Below are positions 13,497 through 31,243 of a DNA stretch of 41,135 nucleotides, in pieces. A program made the position numbers and the translations under genes. The notes below the pieces were generated by a model, which was not told where the DNA came from, searched no databases, and saw only the letters and a program-made list of their open reading frames with translations. How positions within the stretch are numbered: position 1 is the first letter of the stretch; every line of letters begins with the position of its first letter. This DNA comes from Cercozoa sp. M6MM (lineage: Eukaryota; Protista; Endomyxa: Ascetosporea), in the NCBI GenBank assembly GCA_040357565.1, contig JBDODJ010000100.1. The stretch is one strand, 5' to 3'.

Positions 13497-14414
13497 ATGG
13501 AGCCGTCGAGTCTCCTGCAGCGCAATCGGTGAGACCGCGATCTTGATCTCACATGTCAGATCTGCACAACATCCCAGCACTGCGCACGCCTTGTGTTGTT
13601 GTTTTTTCTTGTGCCTTGCGTGACTTGTTGTTGTTGTTGCTGTCGCAGCGAATGGGCCTCCAAGCAGGAGCCCGAGCTGTTCGAGCAAATGTCGTCTGGA
13701 CAGGCACCCGAGTTCCTGTGGATCGGATGCGCCGACTCGCGTGTGCCGGCAGCTTCGCTGATGCAGCTCAAGCCAGGTATGATGTGCCACTTTAGCCACC
13801 CGTGTGTTTCTCCGAAACGTTGCTGCTGCGTGGGACAGGCGATGTCTTTGTGCACCGCAACGTGGCCAACGTCATCGTTCCGAGTGACCTCAACTCGCAG
13901 GCGGTGCTGCAGTACGCCGTGCACACTCTCAAGGTGCGCCACATCATCGTGTGCGGGCACCACCAGTGCGGTACTTTGATTTGTAATCTTTCGAGGAGTG
14001 GGAAGGGCACAACTAGGACGTGCCTGTATGTGTGTCCAGGTGGTGTGCAAGCCGCCATGGACGATGCGTGCGACCACGGCGTGATCGACATCTGGCTGGA
14101 CCATGTGCGCGAGGCACGCAACGCCGTACAGGACCGACTTGATGCTGTAGTTTTTCCTTTTCTGCCTTCTTTGATGTTGTATTGCTTGCATCATGCCGGT
14201 GCTGTGTGGACAGCTGCCTGAGAAGGAGCGCTGGCAGGCCATGTGCGAACTGAATGCGCTGGCTCAGGTGCATTTTGTCTCTTTTTTTGTGACAGGGCCT
14301 CTGACATTTCCTTGCTTACAGGCGCGCAATGTGGCACGAACCACGGCCGTGCGTTCTGCCTGGCGTAAGAAGCAACCCCTTGCCGTTTACGCCGTACTGC
14401 CTTCAGAAACTAGG

Positions 14415-14475
<61 letters not shown>

Positions 14476-14758
14476 GTGTGTGTATCACTTCAATCGTACA
14501 GTGGTGCTACGGTCTCAATGACGGCCTTTTGCGGTATCGTTTTAACTGTGTGTCTGTGTGCCTGTGTTTCTGTGTCTGTGTCTGTGTGTGACCATTCTTG
14601 TTCGTCTGCCTGTACCACTGTCTGTGTGAAGTGATCTCGGGTGTACACTCGAGTCGCGTGAGGACATTGATGAGGTGTTCGCCAAGGCCGTCGATTCCGT
14701 GTTTGCTCGGTACGCTCCCGCCCCCGACTCGGCGTCCACTCCCACACAGTGCCAGTGA
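13497..14758 (+). CDS. Beta-class carbonic anhydrase, multi-exon
   Basis: [73 protein letters not shown] (Zn ligands Cys, His-xx-Cys) and WCYGLNDGLLRDL. First intron 13529-13648; stop TGA at 14756-14758. Confidence 0.96.
14418..14482. repeat. (GT)n microsatellite in a carbonic anhydrase intron
   Basis: GT run between the LAVYA and WCYGL exons. Confidence 0.9.
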
Positions 14759-15105
14759 GCATTGCGTCCGCCGTCGGTGGCGTTCTACTGTCGCGCTTGC
14801 CTGATTGGTTTCGAGTAGGCAACTGGTGAATACAGTTGCCGTGCTGCCGCCTGGCCACTTGACCTACGTTACAGACCTGAACGTACGCGTATAACCTAGC
14901 CTAGCAACACAATTGCAGCCATTACGACCATTGACAGTTACTAAGGATGCATAGACTTTTTTCCGTGCCAGAACCGATTTGATTCCGTTTAGTTTGACTC
15001 AGGCTCAATTTTCTTACTCGTAATCTGCGCTGGCAGACGTGTCTTGGCACCCAACTCAACAAGACACACGGATTCGCCGGAGTCGGACGCGGAAGACTCG
15101 CTTCT

Positions 15106-15748
15106 TTAGTTCGCCATCATCACTGCTCATACAAGGACAGATTCGGCAAGTTCACAAGAGCCAGAAAACACGGTACTCTTCACAAACTCCTCGTAGTTGA
15201 TCTGGCCATCACCATCGGCGTCGGCCTCGCGGATCATGTCCTCGACCTCCTCCTCGGAGAGCTTCTCGCCAAGGTTGGTCATCACGTGGCGAAGCTCGGC
15301 CGCCGAGATGAAGCCGTTGTTGTCCTTGTCGAACACCTTGAACGCCTCGCGGATCTCGTCCTCCGAGTCGGTGTCGCGCATCTTCTTGGCCATCATCGAG
15401 AGGAACTCCGGGAAGTCAATCGTGCCGTTGCCATCAGCGTCGACTTCGTTGATCATGTCGTGCAGCTCGGCCTCGCTCGGGTTCTGACCAAGCGAGCGCA
15501 TCACAGTGCCGAGCTCCTTCGTCGTGATCGTGCCATCGCCGTCCTTGTCGAAAAGAGAGAAGGCTTCCTTAAATTCGGCGATCTGGCCTTCGGTCAGCTG
15601 GTTGGCGCTCTGTGCACACAGCAACAAACATTTGTTCGATCCCACCAAATTGTAAAGCACAAAATCCAAAACGCAAAAAATAAACTCTACATGAAAACAC
15701 CGGCTATTACGGCCAAGCAATGGATCGGAGCAGTTGGTGAGGTACCAT
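15106..15748 (-). CDS. CaM: Calmodulin (3 exons: 15748-15746, 15609-15177, 15122-15106)
   Basis: M|[44 protein letters not shown]...[13 protein letters not shown]|MMMAN*, with four EF-hands. An intron directly after the ATG is seen in many calmodulin genes. Confidence 0.98.
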
Positions 15749-16086
15749 GGTTTATGGCACACGATTTGCAAAAAACAAGCGAGTTGTTCTCAGCCACAAG
15801 TTATCTGACAGGCGTTGTGCAGACTTATATAGCACTCGGTGTGCGCTCTGCAGCAAGGTTAACCTGTAGCGGTCCGTTTCGGCAGGACCTTTATTTTTAT
15901 TTTTTCCTGCCGTATTTTTTTTCTGTGGACAAAAGTAAAAGCAAAATGACTGAGATTTTGTCATCTTGTGGAGCTGCAGTAAAAGTGCCGCCGCACATCA
16001 TTATTTCGTGCGTTTGCTCAAGCGATTGTACGAACAAAACTATGTGCGTTCTGGATGCATCGATATCGGTGTGCGGTATTTTTTAA

Positions 16087-19000
16087 TTACTCCGCCAAGG
16101 CCTTCATCAGGGTCGCGAGGTGTCCGCTAAGTTCAGCGTCCAATGTGTCGCTCAGGCGAAGCTGCTTCAAGTTCGCCTGGGCGTGGATGCAAACGAAGTG
16201 AACCTACTCATAGAGGGGTGTAAGAGAGAGCACCAGAGCGAACAAAGCAGGTGTACCAATGCATGCTCGTCTGTGCCGTGGCCGTCACAGTAGCGCGCGA
16301 ATTGTTGCAGGAAGAACGCATTCGAGTCACGAGCGCAAAGCAGCGTGCGGTCAACGAACGCAGTGAGCCACTGCTTTTCGTGGCCGTCAGTGTTTTCGTC
16401 GGTGAGTGAGTCGACAAGAGCTGCCGCAATGTCACTTTGGTATGCAGAAGCAACACACCGCAGAGTCGAGCGCGCTTCTTTTGACAACAGTTGCAAAGCG
16501 TCCATGTTAGTCACGTGCTGCTCAACTTCATCCTACAAGCACATCGGACTGAAGATGCCTAGACAATTTAAAGAAATAAAAACTGACCTTTGTGAGTCCT
16601 CGTTCAGCGCTGCGAACCGAAGTTGCCGCTTGCAGCACACTCACAAGGCGGCGACCGTCGCTCTTCATCTCGGACTCAAGGTCTTTGAGAAGGTCACGAT
16701 TGAATTCTTGGTTGTAGGCACTTGCGACATCGCACTTAAAGGCGGCTGCGCTGATGAGTGTGTCCAAAACACTATTCTCGTTCGTGCCAGCGCCACTCAT
16801 TGCTTCACGTAGCATGTGAGCATGCAGTGTTGCGACGTCCTTGAACAAAGCAAGAGCTCCCATCTCAAGGTCGCCTGAGAGCTCACTCTTCAAATCAGTC
16901 AGTAGGTCACGGTTGAACTTCTCGCCGTACGCACGCTGGATGCCAATGCGTTGCTCAAAGGATCGCGACGACAGCAAGGAGACGATGGCATCTTCGTCAG
17001 TGCCAAGACCCTTCATGGCAGCTCGTAGCGTTTCGGCGTCAGTCTGGAAATCACCATTTTTTTCGCCAGCTACGACCGTGCAGAGTGTCATTTCGACTTC
17101 GTTTGGATCCGGGTACAGCCGCTCGCTCACCTCGGTGTCTGCGCTCTTTGACTCGCTTTGAGGCTTGGCTACGCTCGGTTTGTCCTGGGAACGACTCGTC
17201 TTCGTATCCGCAGGATTCTTCTTGTAAGTCGAAGTAGGTTGGTTCACTAGAGCAGCTTTGGGTTTTCTCGTCGCCTCTAAAACGCGGGGCTTCTCCAGTT
17301 TCACTGCACTCGCGGAGGAGTGCATCGGCGGCACTTCAAGTTTTTGAACTTGCGCATCTTTGTTCGAGTAATTGGCCACTGAGTTGGTGCTCAGCCAGAT
17401 CGAAGGTAGCTCTGTCGTCTTCTGTAACTTAATTTCGACAGAGAGATTTCCGGCGGTTTGTTCTTCGGCATCCTCATCTTCGAAGGTGAAGGAACGTTCC
17501 TGACATGGGGAAGCCAGGCGTTGGAGACCCATATTCCATCCGACGTCGCCTGTCGCACACTGCTCAGCCGTGTCGGTACCTGTGACACCGTCACCATTGA
17601 TCGCTTTGCTTGCACACTCAGCGGCATCTTTCGCCTTACTCTATGGATGATGCAAGTGCGGAAATGCACGGGGCAAACAAAGTCAGGTGCAAACTAAATT
17701 ACCTCAAGTGTGCGAACAATCTGCTGTAGAACTGCTGAATCGTTGTCCCTCGTACCGACGGGCAGTAGTCCTTGCGTTGCCTCTGCTGCTTTCGTTTTCG
17801 CCACGCGAAGTGCAAGAACTCGACGCATAAGCACATCACCGTGGCGTGAGGTGTCAGAGGCAAGACGTCGAACCCTCCGAACAGCTTGTGGTGACTTTGG
17901 ATTTGTTGCGCTTTCTTCGGTGTTGTGCTCGAAGGTTCTGTTCGAAAGTTCCTCGCGCAGACGCTCGGTGGTTGCCTCGTACTCCGACACGCGTGAGAAC
18001 AGTGAGTAGTTTCGTTTATCGGCAGTGTACAGTCGCGTGGTAAGCTCCTCCAAGGAAATCCCAATCCCTTGCTCGATTTGGCGCACGTGCTCGCGCAACT
18101 CCTCGCACCTTGTCTGGGTTTCGTCGAGCTGGGCTTGCTTCTGCTCGAGCTCACGCTGCTGTCTCAAGTAACTGCGCGAAGAATGGAAGCCACTACTCGG
18201 CCGAGAAGATCCGTTTGAAACGGCCTGAATTAAACAACGTATCCTCATTGCCTAGCGAACTGTAAATACATTGCGCATTCGAAAGTGAGTACCGACGCAG
18301 TGCGGCGAGCCAAGGCCTCTCCTTTCTTTCGAAGTGCGACACTTGCACGACGCTCGCGCTCGCGAAATTGCGCTTCAAACTCGGCTTGCTCTATATGCTG
18401 CTGCTTCTTGAGAGCAGTCACCTGTGTGTCCCAGTTGCGACCCAAGGCTTTGATGAGACGAACGCATTCCTTCTGGCGAGTCGTTACCTCCACAAAACAC
18501 TTGTCGCGCTTGAAGAAGGAATCATCACTCTCTGAGATGGCGGTTTGCATTAAAAGCTTCTTGCTCTCTAGTTCGGAAGTCAAATTTGCGACGACCTGAT
18601 CGAAAACCAAGCGGCCACGCTTCAAGGCGTCAATGACTTCAACGAGTTTCTTGCACTGACCGAGCTTGTTGTTGTAGGTGACCTTCGCTTTCTCAAGACG
18701 CGCTTCCAGCCGAGCCACATTTGCGGTACCTTTGCGAGCCTCAATCACAGGCGCGTTGTGCCCGCCGATGCGACGCTTGGTGTCCAAAAGCTCCTGCTCG
18801 GCCGCTTCTACCGCGTCATCGAGTCCGGCCAATTCACCTTCGAGCTTCATCGATTCGGCTCGAAGACGGATCTGCGCACGCTGAATTTTAAGCACCGTCT
18901 CTACTGTACTGCTTCGACCCTGTTCGCCTATCTCCACCGTGTCCGGAATCTGCATTGCCGGGATTTCTCTTCGTTCCGAAGGACCCTGAATTGAGATCGA

Positions 19001-19210
19001 AAGTTAAAATACCGACTGAGAAGATGCTTCAGCGACCGAAATGAGTTCAGCGGTGCGAAAACGAAAGCCGTCTCGCACAGCGTGCACCTTCTCCTTGTCA
19101 CTGCCAAGCACGAGCTTGTCTGAGTGCTTCAACTTACGCAGCTCCAATTGACGCATCTGCTGGTGTAAACCCCCGAGTCGCAGCGCCTTCGGTTGCGCTT
19201 TCTTGCCCAT
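16087..19210 (-). CDS. Fusion protein: ODAD1/CCDC63/ODA-DC2-like coiled coil, S/K/T-rich linker, annexin core
   Basis: The N part KRRIGGHNAP..ARLEARLEKAKVTYNNKLGQCKKLVEVIDALKRGRLVFDQVVANLTSELESKK..AISESDDSFFKRD resembles the ODA-DC2/CCDC114 consensus. The C part DAETLRAAMKGLGTDEDAI..DLKSELSGDLE, LREAMSGAGTNE and GHGTDEHAL..DAELSGHL are annexin repeats. Phase-0 introns 18986-19012, 18225-18292 and 17641-17702 join all ORFs in frame; stop TAA at 16089-16087. A further 5' exon from ATG 19447 is possible. Confidence 0.8.
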
Positions 19211-19775
19211 CTGTGGCTAATTTCCTCCTATCTCCGATGCTTATCGTTTAGTTCGCTCACTCGGTAACTACGCTCCGATTCCTATGACTTTACGTTTGAT
19301 TGAATTTGAAGTTGAAAAACGCTGCTTTCGCGTTTCTTTGTCTGCAGTGTTGACCGCCGACGGCGAACGTCGCGTCAAGTTTGAACGTTCGGTTAACCGT
19401 GACTTTTCGATCCAGGCAAGAATCGCTGACAACTCATGATCGTGCATCGTTTCAAACTGAACAAGTTGCCTGCGTCCAGTGGAGTCCCACATCGCATCGC
19501 ATCCAATCGCCCGGCCTGCCGTCGATGGATCGCGCGGCGGAATTCGAAACGAAATAGCGTAGAGTGATAAAATGAACATAACGTAACCAACCCAACACGA
19601 AACGACAGACGAGATGATCGGAGGCCCGCCGGCCGAGCAGAGTTGCCAGCCAGGTTTTAATTCATTGCAATTGCGTCAAATTGACCGGGACCTGGCTGCA
19701 AACTGAAATAAGACAGAAAACTGGATCGATTCGATAATTGAAGAGCTGGAAACCGGGGAGAGAAACAGTCATGCC

Positions 19776-20445
19776 TCAGATCTCCTGGTAGGAACCGTAG
19801 CCGTAGCGGGCATCGCCCGTGGCAGGTGTATCATTGCCAAGAGTGCTGTTGCCAACGATCTTGCCGTAGACACGACTGCGCGAAAAGGCAACGTCAAACA
19901 AACAGATAGATGAAAGCAAAGCAGAATTCGCACCGGTAGTGATCGATGCCAGGCAGAACCTCGATACCGCGCGCACCCTTCACTTGATGCTTGTAGCCGC
20001 AGCCCACAAAGCACAGGACGAGCGAGATGATAAAGACCGACAGGAAGAACTTCTCAGCACCGCTCATGCCATCCTTGCCTACGCACAACACACACATACA
20101 CACGCATACACACAGACACACAGACACACAGACACACAGACACACGCACACACACAATCACTGTTCTTGCATGCACGAGAAGAGTCCACAGAAACGCGTA
20201 CTTGGCTCCGGATTCGGTTCCTTGACAACGGCACTCGCCGGGCACACTTTGATTAGCTTCTACGGAGAAACGCTCATCCCAATTCTCAACACAGAAAACG
20301 AAAGTTTGCACGCACCAGCTGAAGGTCATCGTAGTTTTGCATATGCGACAGCTTGAGAGTCGACGCAAAGCTGCCTTCCTTGCGGCAAGTGAAATCCACT
20401 CGCAGATGACTAACCCACGAGCACAGGATCAAGGTGCGTGCGTGC

Positions 20446-20481
<36 letters not shown>

Positions 20482-20487
20482 GTGTGC

Positions 20488-20536
<49 letters not shown>

Positions 20537-20546
20537 NNNNNNNNNN

Positions 20547-20594
<48 letters not shown>

Positions 20595-22077
20595 AAAAAA
20601 GAGAAAATCACATCGACTGCGTCTCCGACACTTCGAGCGTGTGTTGCGACGGCGCTTTCACATCATAGACAGTAGTCGAGATGTCCGTAGCTGCAATGCA
20701 AACAACAAAGTATGAGTGAAAGAAGTGAACCATCAAGTCAGAGACCAAAAATGAAACGAACTTTCAGAGGCAACGGAAGCCTGGAAACGTTGCTTCTCGG
20801 GCAAATTGCTGTCGCCATCGCGCGGCTTGTAGTACACGAAGAAGTCAAGAATCGAGCTGTCCTTGCCAACCACGTAGCCCGAATGAGCAACTGTGAACGG
20901 CACAAGTAAACGTTGATATAGAACAGTTGCTATGCAAGTGAACAGAAAGCACCGTCGACATGAGCGACAGGCGACACGAGACCGTAATCGATCAAAGTGA
21001 CGGTCTGATCGGAGCCAACGGCATCGATGTGCATCGCTCGCTGCACGCTCTCCCGCAAACCCTGGTTTTGGCAAACAATGATTTCGCCGACCTGAAAGCG
21101 ACTGGGATAACAAAACTTACGTAGCATTCGGATCGGAAGTACGCCTCGCTCTTGTCGAACTCCTCACCGTCGATCTGCAGCGACACGTTTACGCCCATGG
21201 AACGAACACAAAGTAAAAGAACGAGCAAGCCTTACCGGTGTGTGTGACGCATGCAGGTGCATCACAAGACCGCCGAGACTACGACATTAGAGCATAGAAA
21301 CCAATAAAACAAAAACGATGCGGTTAGAATTTACGGGGTCGTGCGTTGGCAGGTGCGGCCGAGACTCACGGTATAGTTCTGAAAAACTCAAGGAATCTCA
21401 AAACCACCAAGTGTGCTAGCGAGGCACACTACCTCATGAACGCCGTCCAGGTAAAGAGTGTCGTGCTGGTAGGACACCCACTCAATGCCGTCATAGTCGT
21501 CATCATGCGCATCGTGCTGCATTCAAATTTCAAGAGTTTCAAATTCAAAATAGTTGTCGGTCAACAAAAGAATTACCAGCTGCTCGATCACAACAAAGGA
21601 CGTGTCCGACGTGTTGCACTGCGGAGGAACGATGGCTACAAACACACACACAAGCGTTTGTGTTGCGAGATGAGTGAAAATCAGTTGTGCAAAGTTACGG
21701 TTGTCTAGCGAGCACTGAGCCAAACCGCTGGTATCAAGCCACGCAGTCAGGTCAAAGTAGTCGTCATCGACAGCTTCCACATGCACGGTGCCGCTGTAAT
21801 CAAGTCAAGTCAAGTCAAATCAAGTCAAGTCAAATCAGCAGGTATTGGTGATAACAGATGTTGAAACTATACCCCAAGTTCACATTCTCGCGACGGAAAG
21901 CACGAGTGGGATCACCACCCTGCATGTGAAAGTGTTCTTTCTCTTTACAGACACAAGAAGAGAAGATACCTCAAAAATCAAGTCAGAGTCGTCCATTGCA
22001 CCGAAAAATGCCCTGCGCTCGCCGAGCTGCGCTTTGCAGAGCGAGATCGCCGACAGCAGCGTGCCGAGCAAGCGCAT
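19776..22077 (-). CDS. Type I membrane protein with M6PR/ATG27-like transmembrane segment and cytoplasmic tail, multi-exon
   Basis: Signal peptide MRLLGTLLSAISLCKA and a multi-exon luminal region. C-terminal GMSGAEKFFLSVFIISLVLCFVGCGYKHQVKGARGIEVLPGIDHYR matches the G.E.(I/L)P motif of M6PR/ATG27 tails. Ends YGSYQEI*, a YxxPhi sorting signal. Confidence 0.65.
20434..20593. repeat. (GT)n microsatellite with N-gap 20537-20546, intronic
   Basis: GT/GCGT run visible directly. Confidence 0.92.
21799..21836. repeat. (TCAAG)n pentanucleotide repeat, intronic
   Basis: aatcaagtcaagtcaagtcaaatcaagtcaagtcaaat. Confidence 0.8.
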
Positions 22078-22505
22078 CTTCACAACGAAACACGCATATG
22101 CATCAGAGAGCTCCACACGAACAAAGATCAGACAAATACAATAAAATCTTCGCTATTCTCGAAAAACAAACTAGTTGGGTGATGCTTTGATGCGTTTGAT
22201 CAAAATCACCGACAAATATACTGCAGCACACAACGCCAGGGGAGGCCAGGGGTCGGACCTGCCCCGATCGTTTATGCAACAAGCCCAGATCGCACTTACA
22301 ACCTTGGACAGTTTTTTACCTCTAGTTACTTCGCTACTCTCAATTCGTACTTAGCTGCAGCCGAAACCACCTTGCTTCGCCTTTCGAGCACGGTGGCAAT
22401 CTCCGGCTCTTGACGGATTCTGGATCTTCACGAGCCAGAAAAAACAGACGGATTTTCTCGTATCGTGTCTTTTGGCTTTATTGTGTGTGCTGAGGTGTAA
22501 CTATC

Positions 22506-29637
<7,132 letters not shown>

Positions 29638-29645
<8 letters not shown>

Positions 29646-30212
29646 CGTAGGGATCAGGCCTTGGGAAATTGAGGGTACTTTGCCAGTGATACAAAAAAAA
29701 ACTAAGGAACGTAATAAAGTCTTCTTGGAGGAAGAGTGGCCAAGTGTCAGTTTGAAAGAGTGAGTTACCCCAACGGTTCAGTTGGGCGGCAAAGCACTGA
29801 TGGACGGGAAAGTCACCCGTCAGATGGGAACTGTAGAAAGGACAGTCAGTATAAAGGGTCCTTGAGACGGAAAGGCGTCGTCAGAACTGAGTAGTGAGAA
29901 TTCAGAAGTACTGGGTTGGAAGTAAAGAAAAGAAGGGCCCCTGGAAAGGCAGAGGACAGGTAGGAGCGAAGACAACTGGTCCTGGAGAGATCAGATTACC
30001 TGGTCGAGAGAGAGCCCTTCTTTGAGTTCAGCTGCAAAAAGCTTGCTCAAGGCTTCCCTACTCAAACACAGGTGTTCCACAGTCTGGACTGAAGCTCTCA
30101 GTAGGTCAGGATACCAGCGAACACACGTCAAAATCTTCCACACCTCTCTTGAGGATTTTTTGTAAGTTGTAGGGTTGCTTCCGCGCGGATACAGGAGTTC
30201 GTGCTGTAACAT
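29638..30212 (-). CDS. Hypothetical spliced protein or gene fragment, convergent with SHPRH
   Basis: Phase-consistent model MLQHELLYPRG..LCLSREALSKLFAAELKEGLSLDQ|GPFFSLLPTH|SHLTGDFPVHQCFAAQLNRW|EDFITFLSFFLYHWQ..YAI*, with pyrimidine-rich acceptors. No family confidently recognised. Confidence 0.3.
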
Positions 30213-30386
30213 GTGATACCATAGTTTCTTTGCGGCTTGCGGTTAATGCAGTTTTAATTTTAGTCCACGCCACGCCAGCCATCACAGCGCAGTTTTAAGT
30301 TTAGTCTTCAGTTGAATTCGAACAACCCGCGTCGATATCGATTGCACGGCGGGCGATCGATCAAAAACTGCAGCTCGCCAGCGCAG

Positions 30387-30833
30387 TTATTCGGTGGGTG
30401 ATGGCGCGGGCAGCACGCGGGCCAGTTGGGAGCACACATGCTTGTCTCCTTGCTCCTTCAGCTGCCACATGTGCCGCCATCTCCACTCCTGCGGGTCAGA
30501 AGCGGGATAAAATATAAGTTTTCTTGACGTAGAGACGTTGAAAGTCAGGTGTGTAGTACCTCGTTCACGGCAGCGCTTTGTTTCTCACGCATCTTTTCCA
30601 CTGAGACACACGAACAGATCTTTTAATCCATCCTCGTCAGGAAGGAAGGCCCTACTTAGTCCCGTGCTGAGGACGTACAATTCAAGCCCGGCACCGATCA
30701 AGATGCCAACGCCAAACCTACGCTCACGTAAATACACTGAAGCCGTCGCAAAAAGAAAAGCAACAAAAACTCACATGCGCGCCGAAAAGCCCAGCGTCAT
30801 GCGCGGCCGCTTGAACTTGAAATCTTTAGACAT
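30387..30833 (-). CDS. Small single-TM protein, possibly SMIM4/UQCC5-like mitochondrial assembly factor (4 exons)
   Basis: Exons 30833-30775, 30717-30656, 30600-30560 and 30488-30387 splice in phase to MSKDFKFKRPRMTLGFSARMFGVGILIGAGLELYVLSTGLMEKMREKQSAAVNEEWRWRHMW...*. The basic N-terminus and the (I/L)GA.(L/M)EL motif recall SMIM4. Confidence 0.55.
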
Positions 30834-31243
30834 CCTTTCACGACCTACTAACTGCACAGTTCAAATGCAGGTTGATCAAGTAGAGCACACGTCGGCAGGC
30901 CCGCTAATGTAGCCGGGTTTTTAGAAACTTACGGAGCTCCAATAATTAATGCTGCAAGAGTTCAGCCTTGGGCAGGTCTCAACTTGCAAGGAATTAGGGA
31001 ATTGTATGTCCTTGAACAATATTGTAGGAAGCAACGTACTCTTTGTCTTTTACAAGAGACAGGTCTTTTGTCTATAGCGAGGGCCAGTGAACTCCACACG
31101 CCAAAGAGAATCTGTTATGGAACTTGTATTTTATCTCTCTCTCTCTCTCTCAAGGAGTCTCGGCGCTCCGTTAGTCAAGGTCGCGTTGTCCACGGGCGGT
31201 ACTTACAATGCAACCGAAGGGGCGTGGCAAAATGCAATATTTA

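Noticed and set aside
15286-16086. 266-aa plus-strand ORF
   Set aside because: It is the antisense shadow of the codon-biased calmodulin exon.
19638-19705. SECIS element
   Set aside because: No AUGA/GA quartet with a correctly spaced apical AA, and no in-frame UGA in the adjacent gene model.
22236-22270. GC-rich stem resembling a tRNA fragment
   Set aside because: No cloverleaf and no T-loop GTTC consensus.
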